Notes under the pieces: generated by a model
Databases searched by the model: none
What the model saw: only the letters and a program-made list of their open reading frames with translations
What the model was told of the DNA's origin: nothing
Shown here: piece after piece, positions 8,643 through 17,983 of the stretch
Numbering within the stretch: the first letter of the stretch is position 1
How the letters are laid out: each line of letters starts with the position of its first letter
Source of the DNA: Pseudomonadota bacterium
Lineage (GTDB): Bacteria > Bdellovibrionota_C > UBA2361 > OMII01
Assembly: GCA_038134595.1 (NCBI GenBank)
Contig: JAYPVM010000005.1
Location: 96,001-160,000 of the forward strand
Direction: 5' to 3'
DNA: 64,000 nucleotides
Made by a program: the position numbers and the translations under genes

Positions 8643-10529
8643 TTAGTACTTGAAAACTTGCTGGACAGACAAAACACGCCTATCGTGTGTGCTTCCTGGC
8701 CACGCTTTCGAAGGGCGCCATCCTGTGCTTGTCGAAACTTTGGCGGTTATATATCGCCTATCATCAGGACAAGACAATACAGTTGCATGCGTTCCAACCT
8801 TGAAAAATTCAACCTTAGAAGACTCTTCTCCCGAGCTAACGGTAATTACAAGGGGACCTAAACTGGGTACATACTGCGCTCTCAAGAAGAGTCGTGCCTG
8901 GTTAGATTTAATAGCACTACTAGTCTGCTCGCAGGGAACGTGCACAAATGCATACGGAGCCAACCACCGACTCACCTGCCCTTGCTTTTCATACGCCCAT
9001 CCATAGACACCTAACTCACGAAAATGGGGGATTATTAGGCCCAATACTAGGAATACACCTGCAATCGAGCTGGCTGTTCTCTGCCGCATAAGTCGCTCAG
9101 ACGTTACACAACCGAGAAGAAACCCCGTCGGTACTAGCACCTCAACAAAATCGGTGTGGGGGCCAAAGAAGAGAATTATCGCTAACATCGCAAGCACGAA
9201 ACGACCGAACCAAGAAGCCGAGCTCAATTCAAGACGATATCCTGAGATGAGGATCAAGAAACCCAGCGCAGCAAAGACCCCTCCCTCCGCCAAAATCCCA
9301 AGATAAAAATTATTTGCATTGTCGGTCCATGCACCTAAAGAAGGAAAGGCAAGTCCATACAGTGCCACAAAGTTGGCAAAGCGATCCGCACCAACGCCAA
9401 AAAACCAATGATCTCTGATCACGCTTAGGGCAAGTTGCCAAAAGATCATCCGACTTGAAAACGTTTCATCAACTCGCATCAACGAACCACTCTTCGCAAT
9501 TCTTGAAAGACCCTCTGGTAGCCACGGAATAATTTCCAAAACACTGTCAATATTCAAATAATAATCAATCAACGTAACTATGAATAAAAACAGAAAGAGA
9601 CCGAGGGCCAAAGAAGCCATAGAGCGGATACATTTACGAGTCAAAAGACTGGCCCCCAGACATCCAACGATTAGAAAAAAAGTACGCGAGCCCGTCAGAA
9701 ATCCCCCCATACAGACGCAGACAATCTGCGCTCCTAAAAAACAGCTTCTTCCTAAGCTAAACGCGTCATGCGTTCGCTTGTGCAGTATGTTTATCCACAG
9801 TGCCAAACCCAAGACCACCCCTTGAGCGTTTGGATCGCTTGCCAATCCACTGAAACGCCGGAGTGAATTCCAGAGCATACTTTGATTAGACACGACATTA
9901 AGTCCGCCTCCGGTGGCTTGAAAAACTATGTAAATACTGGAGATAACCGCACCAGACCAAAACCCCTTGCAGAATCCTGCCAATCGATCATCCTTTACTT
10001 GAAAACACTTCACTACCAGGGAAAAAACTCCAAGCCGAAACATCCATTGCCACGAATGTCCAAACACATCGAAAAACGAACGGATCAAATCACTTCGCAT
10101 ATATGAGTGCATCAAAACTTGTGGATGAAACATGTGAGAGACCTCGCTGTCCAATCCCAAACCGATAAGCACTTCAGATACGAGCACACCGCACCCAAAG
10201 AGAAACAGCGGTCTACAGGGGAGGCTTCCGCTGGGGGGTCCTGTGCCAGAAAGAAAAACAATCGAAGAAAGCGAGGTAACAAGCAATACTTCTGAGCCAA
10301 GCCATCCACACATGCCGACTAACGCACCCCAACTTAGTGCTAGTGTGAAAACTTGACGTTCACGCGGCAAAAATACGCGGCAGAGCAAGAGAAATAAAAT
10401 CCATCCACCACAAAATAAAACTACTTGAGTTCCGGCAGAGATAACTGTCAAAGCCCCCAGTATAGCTAGTACTCCATACTCCACACAAAACTCTCCTCTT
10501 TTCGTAGAACAAAGAACGGCCAACATCAA
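8643..10529 (-). CDS. O-antigen ligase / Wzy_C family membrane protein with a C-terminal soluble domain
   Basis: RFSGLASDPNAQG, LTGSRT, SRMIFWQLALSVIRDHWFFGVG and NANNFYLGILAEGG motifs, more than 10 TM segments. Confidence 0.8.
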   Translation of the reverse strand: MMLAVLCSTKRGEFCVEYGVLAILGALTVISAGTQVVLFCGGWILFLLLCRVFLPRERQVFTLALSWGALVGMCGWLGSEVLLVTSLSSIVFLSGTGPPSGSLPCRPLFLFGCGVLVSEVLIGLGLDSEVSHMFHPQVLMHSYMRSDLIRSFFDVFGHSWQWMFRLGVFSLVVKCFQVKDDRLAGFCKGFWSGAVISSIYIVFQATGGGLNVVSNQSMLWNSLRRFSGLASDPNAQGVVLGLALWINILHKRTHDAFSLGRSCFLGAQIVCVCMGGFLTGSRTFFLIVGCLGASLLTRKCIRSMASLALGLFLFLFIVTLIDYYLNIDSVLEIIPWLPEGLSRIAKSGSLMRVDETFSSRMIFWQLALSVIRDHWFFGVGADRFANFVALYGLAFPSLGAWTDNANNFYLGILAEGGVFAALGFLILISGYRLELSSASWFGRFVLAMLAIILFFGPHTDFVEVLVPTGFLLGCVTSERLMRQRTASSIAGVFLVLGLIIPHFRELGVYGWAYEKQGQVSRWLAPYAFVHVPCEQTSSAIKSNQARLFLRAQYVPSLGPLVITVSSGEESSKVEFFKVGTHATVLSCPDDRRYITAKVSTSTGWRPSKAWPGSTHDRRVLSVQQVFKY

Positions 10530-10555
10530 TACAACTCTTCCCGCTCCTTGAAGGA

Positions 10556-11545
10556 TTACATATTTTTAGATTTAACGTGCCCCTTTCGAACTCGGTTATT
10601 TTTGCGCAATTCCTTTCGCTTGCCGCCATTGTTTTTCTCGGCCTTAGTGTGCCCCAGCACATTTCTAACCGCTCGACCTTCTTTATTGGGGTTCGTTACG
10701 TTTGGCTCCTTTTCGTCGCCTTCTTGTCGTATCAAGCGTCTATACGGACTCTGATCTACAAATGGATCGGCCCATAACTGCACCTTATCGGCCAAATACT
10801 TAGGGGGCCTGCCATTCTGGAGTATAGAAGCCCTAAAATGATTCTCTATCTCTGGAAATAACGAGGATCCCTGTAACACGCCAAATGTGCGGATGCTTCC
10901 ATTGATAGACTTCCCTCCGATAGAACCAACAGAAATCGTATAAGAATTTGAGATAAGCTCTGAATTAAGTATCTTCTGAGCTCCTAAGAACACCGGGGTA
11001 TTCCCCTCATCGTCCACGAGGTAAACAGATACAATATTCGACTCCAACCGACATACGATGAGCGTATACCAAACTCCGACAGTAAATTCATGATCAGAGA
11101 ACACCATCCAACGGCCACCTCTCGCAGGATTTCCGTTTGATACCAGGGGACGAATACCGGTGAACGTCTTCTCGATTGCTATAGAGGTGTCGCTCCTGCG
11201 ACCATTTTTTGATTTATTCCTACTTAAAAGGATAAGCCTTTCCCCATGTTCGGGAAGCTCTTTCAACGAAAATGATAGGAATACAACCTGTTCTTCACCA
11301 TCCGAGGCACGCGTATCCTCGAACTGACTGACATAAAGAACAGTTCTCTCTCCTGATAAAATTAAAGGCCCTTGATGTTCATCTCGCGGCTCCACTCCCT
11401 CCCGAAGAACCGATGACACGACTACATCGTCTTTCAATGGAGAGCCAACCTTAAAACCAAAGAACAGCGCTCCGATGGCGACTAAAAACAGTCCACATGC
11501 TAGGAAAATATGAAGTCGATAACGTTGCACTAAAACTACTTTCAC
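10556..11545 (-). CDS. Hypothetical membrane-anchored protein, possible LamG/ConA-like beta-sandwich, basic C-terminal tail
   Basis: N-terminal TM (IFLACGLFLVAIGALFFG). FTVGVWYTLIV...VSVYLVD...INGSIRTFGV resembles LamG. Lys/Arg-rich tail. Confidence 0.6.
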   Translation of the reverse strand: MKVVLVQRYRLHIFLACGLFLVAIGALFFGFKVGSPLKDDVVVSSVLREGVEPRDEHQGPLILSGERTVLYVSQFEDTRASDGEEQVVFLSFSLKELPEHGERLILLSRNKSKNGRRSDTSIAIEKTFTGIRPLVSNGNPARGGRWMVFSDHEFTVGVWYTLIVCRLESNIVSVYLVDDEGNTPVFLGAQKILNSELISNSYTISVGSIGGKSINGSIRTFGVLQGSSLFPEIENHFRASILQNGRPPKYLADKVQLWADPFVDQSPYRRLIRQEGDEKEPNVTNPNKEGRAVRNVLGHTKAEKNNGGKRKELRKNNRVRKGHVKSKNM

Positions 11546-11814
11546 CCAATACTGTCAGAGCCACTAACAGAACATACCGCTAGACACCCCTATCAGAAAA
11601 CCGGGGCCGAAAAATTCTTACACGGATGGAATCATACCCGACACGATACAATCAGAAAAGCATACGGTAACGCTATGAGTGACGAAACACCCTAAAGCCC
11701 CTAAACGGTTAACTACAAGCGCCCGTCAGTTACAGAAAAAACGAGATGCAACGACTGTGACGTACCCGATCCAACCGATATCAAGACACGGCGATACGTC
11801 CTTCGAGCTGTTCT

Positions 11815-12363
11815 CTATTCCTCAGAGATATCAGCAGCCTCATCTAAATCCTCGGAAGGAGTGGGCGCAGGCTGCGTAGTATTATCAGCCTTAGCATCGG
11901 TAGCACTGCCTGCAGCAGCCTTTGTGCCTACGATTTTCACTTGAACCGACACGCTGACCTCAGAATGAAGCTTTATCTCTACATCGTAAGAGCCCGCAGA
12001 GCGAAGCGGATCGGCCAACTTTATTTGGCGCCTATCCACGTCATATCCTAAATCCTTCAAGCCTGCCTCGATATCCTTGCCAGTTATCGCACCAAAACTC
12101 TTGCCCTGGGCACCAACTTTTAGTGTTAGTTCAACAGAAACCTGACTGAGAACTCTCCCAAATTCTTCCGCTTCAGTCTTTTTCTTTATCCGCTTGGCGA
12201 TGATCGCTGACAGCTTATGCTTTAATTGGCGTTCGTTACCGCTCGAAGCCTCCACAGCAATTCCCCTCGGAATCAAATAATTGCGAGCAAATCCCCGACG
12301 CACCTTAACGGTGTCACCTACATACCCAAGTGTTAAAAAATCTTCTCTAAGTATAACTTCCAT
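11815..12363 (-). CDS. rplI: 50S ribosomal protein L9
   Basis: MEVILRED...LGYVGDTVKVRRGFARNYLIP, FGAIT; acidic tail. Confidence 0.98.
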   Translation of the reverse strand: MEVILREDFLTLGYVGDTVKVRRGFARNYLIPRGIAVEASSGNERQLKHKLSAIIAKRIKKKTEAEEFGRVLSQVSVELTLKVGAQGKSFGAITGKDIEAGLKDLGYDVDRRQIKLADPLRSAGSYDVEIKLHSEVSVSVQVKIVGTKAAAGSATDAKADNTTQPAPTPSEDLDEAADISEE

Positions 12364-12430
12364 TGCTATCCTCGCCTGAATCTATCTCAATGACCCTAAA
12401 AAATGGGGCCTCTATATTCTCACTAAAAAT

Positions 12431-12799
12431 CTACTCTTCGTCGTCGCTGTCATCATAAAACGACCGGCCAGCCGATTGAGGATTCCCCTTAAACTTTCGC
12501 GCCTTAGTTTTGATTATGTGAGTCTGAAACTTGTGAACTGAATCAGTGATTCTAAGAGCTGAGTGCAACTCATTAGCAGCTTCGTAATTGGCGGTTTCGT
12601 AATTGAAGGTCACAAAGTATCCAAACCGCTGCTTGTTAAACTCAAAGGCTAACTCTTTTTTGCCAGCCGCATCAACACCCGAGATAGTAGCTTGGCTCTT
12701 CTGCAATAAACCCTCTACTTTTTTTATCTCTTCTTTGAGTTGCACCTCGCTTAACCGCGGGTTAAAAATTACAACCGACTCGTAACGGCGAACTTCCAT
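12431..12799 (-). CDS. rpsF: 30S ribosomal protein S6
   Basis: RRYESVVIFNP...GKKELAFEF...LRITDSV; position upstream of rplI. Confidence 0.93.
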   Translation of the reverse strand: MEVRRYESVVIFNPRLSEVQLKEEIKKVEGLLQKSQATISGVDAAGKKELAFEFNKQRFGYFVTFNYETANYEAANELHSALRITDSVHKFQTHIIKTKARKFKGNPQSAGRSFYDDSDDEE

Positions 12800-13103
12800 T
12801 GGACACCTATATATTTAAAACTCTAACTTTATCGCAATCTAATCCGAAGACTCCTTAAACGTAAATACGCTTCTTGGTTCGCGCACTCAAGCTATTAGCT
12901 ATCGAGCATTTACCTGCCCTGATGAACTCTCCAAAGCGCTTTTACGTTAGTGGCTCGATTTCTTAAACACGTTCACGCGATAATCACACAGACAAACGCC
13001 ACCCAGCCAAACAGAGCCGCAAGAGTGTATCAAATCGAGCCAGAAAAACAACTCCTACACCTAATTAAATAGCACTCACGGCGGAACCAATAAAACAGTT
13101 TAA

Positions 13104-13116
13104 TATCAACACATTA
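13104..13116. promoter_or_regulatory. IHF-like binding site
   Basis: TATCAACACATTA is an exact match to WATCAANNNNTTR, intergenic between pth and rpsF. Confidence 0.45.
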
Positions 13117-13122
13117 GAGTGT

Positions 13123-13806
13123 CTAACAATTATACCGATTCTGGGAATGCGAAACGCCTTTTCGCACGATACCTATCGAGGCAAGGGCTGCAACACCCAC
13201 AGATTTCACAACATGAGACTCTTCATCCCTCGAGAATCTACTTAAAACCCACCGTGCGATACCATCCTCTCCCTGAAATGCGGGAATGTCACCGTCAGGC
13301 TTTCCAACCCCCACGCGAATACGGATATAATCCCTTCCTCCACACATCTGCGAAATGGACCTTAAACCATTGTGACCGCCTTCGCCCCCACCTTTCTTGA
13401 TACGAACCGCCCCGAGCGGTAGGTCTATCTCATCGTGTATGACAACGAGACGATCAAGGCCAATCTTACGAAAACGAAGCAGGTCAGCAACAGGCTCACC
13501 ACTTCGATTCATGAACGTCATTGGCTTTACCAACAGGATTTCACAGGAATCGACTACAACCTTCGACAGTGAACAATCACCCTTCGGAACAAAACCAACC
13601 CCCACCTTCTGACCAGCAACCACCTGAGCACTGATAGCTTTAGCCGACTCAGTTAATTCAACTTCACGGACGGTAGCAATTTCGCTCAATACATCAACAA
13701 CTGTGAAGCCGATATTATGCCGGGTTCCGGCGTACTTCTCGCCAGGATTGCCAAGCCCTACGACAACGTATCCTTGCCCTTTTGAATTGAGCCCAGTGAA
13801 AGCCAA
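13123..13806 (-). CDS. pth: Peptidyl-tRNA hydrolase
   Basis: VVGLGNPGEKYAGTRHNIGF, KPMTFMNRSG and GGHNGLRSI motifs. Confidence 0.97.
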   Translation of the reverse strand: MAFTGLNSKGQGYVVVGLGNPGEKYAGTRHNIGFTVVDVLSEIATVREVELTESAKAISAQVVAGQKVGVGFVPKGDCSLSKVVVDSCEILLVKPMTFMNRSGEPVADLLRFRKIGLDRLVVIHDEIDLPLGAVRIKKGGGEGGHNGLRSISQMCGGRDYIRIRVGVGKPDGDIPAFQGEDGIARWVLSRFSRDEESHVVKSVGVAALASIGIVRKGVSHSQNRYNC

Positions 13807-13921
13807 CGTAAATCCTACCTTTCAATAGAGTAAAAGAAAGACCCGTGCACACACTATTCAGCGAGCGTCGCCTGGAGAAAATACCATTCGGGCATCTATC
13901 CCCGGCAAAAACTTCCGCGAC

Positions 13922-14560
13922 CTAATCTGCCTTAGCAGCCGCATCACTCGCACCCGAGTCGGCTGACTCTTCGGCAGCTGAAGCCTTAGCGACAGCACCT
14001 CTTGAGCCTACCACACTCACAATCGTCTCTTCAGGATCGTCACGGAGCGTCACGCCAGCGTTAAACTTGAGATCTCGTGCATGAATCGAATCTCCGAGCG
14101 CCAACCCCGAAATATCCACCTCGCAAAGCGTTGGAATATCTTTCGGCAAGCAAGTAACACTTACCTTATGGGTTACGAAGGTTAAAATTCCACCCTCAGC
14201 CTTAACCCCAGGGGCCTCTCCGACTAGCTTTACAGGAACATCAACTTGAATCTCCTCACCAGCTTTTAGTGTAACAAAATCAACGTGTAGCACTGTACCT
14301 TTGACATGGTCTCGCTGAATATCTTTTACCAAGGCAAGTTTTCCATCTAAGTCTTTGGCATCACTTTTAAAGGTAAAGACTTGGGTCAAGCGAGCTTTTT
14401 GAGCCATCGTAACAAAGTCTTTCTGCGGCACAGTCACCGCAATTGAGTCTGTACCCCGGTGATATGCAACACCTGGAATAAAGCCGTTTCGTCTCAAACG
14501 ACTACACTCACTCTTGCCTGTATCCTGTCTCTGACTTATCTCAATTGTAAAATTTTCCAC
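13922..14560 (-). CDS. rplY: 50S ribosomal protein L25 / Ctc
   Basis: RLRRNGFIPGVAY, HVDF and GEAPGVKAEGG motifs. GTG start at 14560 after an AAGGA SD. prs-rplY-pth synteny. Confidence 0.95.
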   Translation of the reverse strand: MENFTIEISQRQDTGKSECSRLRRNGFIPGVAYHRGTDSIAVTVPQKDFVTMAQKARLTQVFTFKSDAKDLDGKLALVKDIQRDHVKGTVLHVDFVTLKAGEEIQVDVPVKLVGEAPGVKAEGGILTFVTHKVSVTCLPKDIPTLCEVDISGLALGDSIHARDLKFNAGVTLRDDPEETIVSVVGSRGAVAKASAAEESADSGASDAAAKAD

Positions 14561-14699
14561 GACTTCGGTCCTTTGAAAAAAAATAGTGCGGGATACAATA
14601 ACAAATTGCACTTCTTAGGTAAAGAGAGCGAGCCTTAAGACGAATGATATCAAAGAATCCCAATTCCATTAACTAAACGAACAGACCTAGCAGCTCCAA

Positions 14700-15644
14700 C
14701 TATCTGAAAAGACTGCTAATAGAGTCGTCGCTATGAATTCGTCGTATCGCTTCTGCAATCAGTGGGGCAACGGAGATGACGGAAAATTTATCTCCTTCTC
14801 CACCTTGAGTCTGTTTAATGGTGTCCGAAATTATTACCTCTTCTAGAACGCTCTCATTTAACGCCTGCCTGGCATTGCCCGATAAAACTGCATGCACACA
14901 GCACGCGACAACCTTTGCTGCGCCTTTTTCCATCAAAGTGTCAGCTGCCTTTATCAGCGTCCCACCCGTATCCACCATATCATCTACGATAACGCACGTC
15001 TGACCACTGACATCTCCGACAACGTTCATTGACGCAACTCTATTCGGTCCTGCTCGGCGCTTGTCGATAATAGCTATAGGAGCATTATCAAGTCGTGTTG
15101 CGACGTATCTGGCTCGCTCAACACCTCCGACATCAGGAGCCACAATCGTCACATTCTTGGTCCCAAACCGCTCGCGAATATGCGGAATCATTATAGGCAG
15201 GGCATATAAATTATCCACCGGTACGTTAAAGAACCCCATTATCTGACCCGCATGAAGATCTACCGTTAAGACTCGATCCGCTCCAGCTGTCGACACCATA
15301 TCCGCGACTAACTTAGCCGTAATAGGCACCCGAGGCTTAACCTTCCTATCCTGTCTCGCATATCCATAATAAAGAATCGTCGCGGTAATTCGCCCTGCTG
15401 AAGAACGCTTGAGCGCATCAATAATGATAAGCAACTCCATTAACCTGTCATTACAGGGATACGACATGCTTTGAATTACAAAAACATCACCTCCCCGAAC
15501 ATTATCACCGATCTCAACGGAGAGCTCTCCGTCGCTAAAGTGGGTGATCTCAATATTGCCCGGGGCAATTGACAACTCATCACACACACTTTTAAAAAAA
15601 TCCGGGTGAGAGCTCCCAGAGAAAACAAGAAGAGGGCGACTCAC
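14700..15644 (-). CDS. prs: Ribose-phosphate pyrophosphokinase
   Basis: FSDGE, YGYARQDRK, DLHAGQI and VDDMVDTGGT motifs. Confidence 0.98.
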   Translation of the reverse strand: MSRPLLVFSGSSHPDFFKSVCDELSIAPGNIEITHFSDGELSVEIGDNVRGGDVFVIQSMSYPCNDRLMELLIIIDALKRSSAGRITATILYYGYARQDRKVKPRVPITAKLVADMVSTAGADRVLTVDLHAGQIMGFFNVPVDNLYALPIMIPHIRERFGTKNVTIVAPDVGGVERARYVATRLDNAPIAIIDKRRAGPNRVASMNVVGDVSGQTCVIVDDMVDTGGTLIKAADTLMEKGAAKVVACCVHAVLSGNARQALNESVLEEVIISDTIKQTQGGEGDKFSVISVAPLIAEAIRRIHSDDSISSLFR

Positions 15645-16179
15645 GATATCTCCTATTTACTATACCAGGCCTTAAGAATGCTCAAACCATACTGAACCAA
15701 ACGGCCAGTTTCAACATTAAATCAGCACCCAACGAAACTTACTAGAGATCTAATTGCGATTCGAATTACGCTCGCCACAGTTAGCCCAGCCTAAACCCAC
15801 TCTATGCAGCGCGGCACAAAAACAATCCGACACAGCCCAAAAACCCACTCGCCAAGCCCTTCAAGCCCCCTCGACGCGCTAAAAAATCTGGTCGAACTAA
15901 GAGTCGAGTCTGCGTTTTAATTGATTGGAGAAAAAGACCCTAAGGATGCAAAGTCTAACGAAGGCTCGGAAAAGAGCCACGTGCCACTCACAGAGCCTAA
16001 TACACAGAGCCTAATGGGGGATGTGGAAAAACAGGGTAAAAGCGGGTAAAAGGGCACCAACAGAAGCAACAAAAACAGAACCAAGAAAGGGATATACGAT
16101 AAAGAGCGGAGCTATCCTTGAGAGTACATCGTGACTAACAAAGTCCCGAATAGCAAAACCTTTCGTTATTGGGTTGTCT

Positions 16180-16254
16180 TGGTTGCCCGGGCAGGGGTCG
16201 AACCTGCGCATGGCGGAATCAAAATCCGCTGCCTTACCACTTGGCTACCGGGCA
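16180..16254 (-). tRNA. tRNA-Gln (UUG)
   Basis: Cloverleaf TGCCCGG...GCGGA-TTTTGAT-TCCGC...GCAGG-TTCGACC-CCTGC-CCGGGCA-ACCA. Classic ispE-tRNA-Gln-prs context. Confidence 0.97.
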
Positions 16255-16313
16255 CCAAACCCTATTAGAGGTAAAACACTTAGAGGATTTTAGCAAGGCA
16301 TGAGCGACCAAAT

Positions 16314-17267
16314 TTAGAGAAGTTTCACCCTATGCACGCTAACTCCCAGACTCAAGGCAGACTTTTGATACCGACTCACCTGCTCCTGGGCTCCCTTGTC
16401 TACCAAGGAAAACATTGCCGAACCAGAGCCAGTAAGCGATGTGAGAGGAAAAAAACTTCGGGCATTATCTAAAACATCACCCAGAAGTGGTCTAAATTGT
16501 CGTATATAGGGTTCAAAATCATTACAAAGCAACGTTTCAATAGGACACGCCGCTCCACCGGCTAGTGCATCCATCACCTCGTCACGCCCAACTTCTCCCA
16601 CTTCAACAGATCGGTTCTGCCTATAGAAATCATAAAACGCTGCGGTAGGAACCGTCTCACGAGGAACTGAGATAAGGATATCCATATCTGCCAAATCCGG
16701 ATAGTTCACCACCTGCACAACCTCACCTACACCTTGAACCCAACACAATCCCTTTTTTAAGGCATAGGGAACGTCAGCACCCAAGGTGACCGACTCTCTA
16801 GCGATTGTAGACCGCAGGCTATTGCTCGAATCACCCGCCGATCTGTCAGACACGTCCCCTATTTTTTCTAATAAAAAATTCAGTACTGCCGCAGCATCAC
16901 TACTACCTCCACCTAGACCGCCGCCCGTTGGAATCCCCTTAGTGATCTCAGCCTGCAATCCAAATGGAGCTGTGCTATATCCACACGCCTGCCAAAACAA
17001 AGAGTACGCCTGAGTCACTAGATTATCGGAGCTAGAAATCTCCTCATCGATAGCGCCGCGGCACTGGACTTGACACGAACAATCAGAGACGAATGTCACT
17101 TTTATTTCGTCAAAAAGTGACACACTACCATTGAGCATACTCAGAACATGGTATCCATCATCCCTGCGCCCAAGAACCTTAAGCCTTAAATTTACCTTTG
17201 CAGGAGCCTGAATGCGCCACAGCCGAGACGATAGCCTCGAATACGCTTCTTCTACGAGATCTGGCAC
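16314..17267 (-). CDS. ispE: 4-diphosphocytidyl-2-C-methyl-D-erythritol kinase
   Basis: APAKVNLRLKV, KGIPTGGGLGGGSSDAA, GADVP, NDFE and LTGSGS motifs. GTG start at 17267 after GGAG. Confidence 0.95.
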   Translation of the reverse strand: MPDLVEEAYSRLSSRLWRIQAPAKVNLRLKVLGRRDDGYHVLSMLNGSVSLFDEIKVTFVSDCSCQVQCRGAIDEEISSSDNLVTQAYSLFWQACGYSTAPFGLQAEITKGIPTGGGLGGGSSDAAAVLNFLLEKIGDVSDRSAGDSSNSLRSTIARESVTLGADVPYALKKGLCWVQGVGEVVQVVNYPDLADMDILISVPRETVPTAAFYDFYRQNRSVEVGEVGRDEVMDALAGGAACPIETLLCNDFEPYIRQFRPLLGDVLDNARSFFPLTSLTGSGSAMFSLVDKGAQEQVSRYQKSALSLGVSVHRVKLL

Positions 17268-17318
17268 GTTGTCTCCGTATTCAAGCGCTAACACAAATGA
17301 ATCGACAGTTAAAGTATA

Positions 17319-17735
17319 TTACAAATCGTCACTCTCATCGGGAAGTCTATCAGAACTCTCAGTTGAGGACCTATCTGAATAGCGACGCTCTTGATTCTCC
17401 TGCGCCGTTTTACAGTCGATACACAACTGCGCAACAGGTCGAGCCATCAACCTTGCAAATCCGATCTGCTCTCCGCACTCTTCGCACTCGCCGTAGCTCC
17501 CGTCTTCAATCTTAGCAAGAGCAACCTCTACCTTCTTGAGATGATTTACTTCTCGCTTACCGACCTTCGCTAACGAGTTTTGATTAATCTCTAACGACGC
17601 TAGGTCTACAGAATCGCCAGAAGGAGTCTCGATATCGGCCACAGAAGAATCGCTTATGTCCTCTAAGTGCCGTTGAATCTTTCGTTTTTCTTCCTCCAGA
17701 ATTTGCTTTAGCTGCTCAAGCTCTTTCTTTTTCAT
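17319..17735 (-). CDS. dksA: RNA polymerase-binding factor DksA (TraR/DksA family)
   Basis: Coiled-coil tip DSVDLA (DxxDxA) and C4 zinc finger CEEC...CIDC. Confidence 0.9.
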   Translation of the reverse strand: MKKKELEQLKQILEEEKRKIQRHLEDISDSSVADIETPSGDSVDLASLEINQNSLAKVGKREVNHLKKVEVALAKIEDGSYGECEECGEQIGFARLMARPVAQLCIDCKTAQENQERRYSDRSSTESSDRLPDESDDL

Positions 17736-17897
17736 CAACTAACCCTCTACTTCGTAAAAACGTCTATACCCAGACAAAACAGGATCACTGTGCTGATGGG
17801 GCGCCCAAATTTATAGACCAGCCATGATTAGAGAGCAACAGATAAATCTATACCGAGCGTTTCAAACAACCATTAAACCAACGGTTCAGATACTCCT

Positions 17898-17910
17898 TAA
17901 CTACTTGATA
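17898..17910. promoter_or_regulatory. IHF-like binding site upstream of dksA
   Basis: TAACTACTTGATA is an exact match to YAANNNNTTGATW. Confidence 0.45.
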
Positions 17911-17983
17911 GCACTGGAAAAACATGCCGGCCAACTCTCCCTCTTGTCCGAACAAACACCAACGACTTCCACTGAAAGGTTCA

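Noticed and set aside
15989..16015. Tandem duplication of CACAGAGCCTAAT
   Set aside because: Only two copies at a 14-nt period with no spacer; most likely a slippage duplication.
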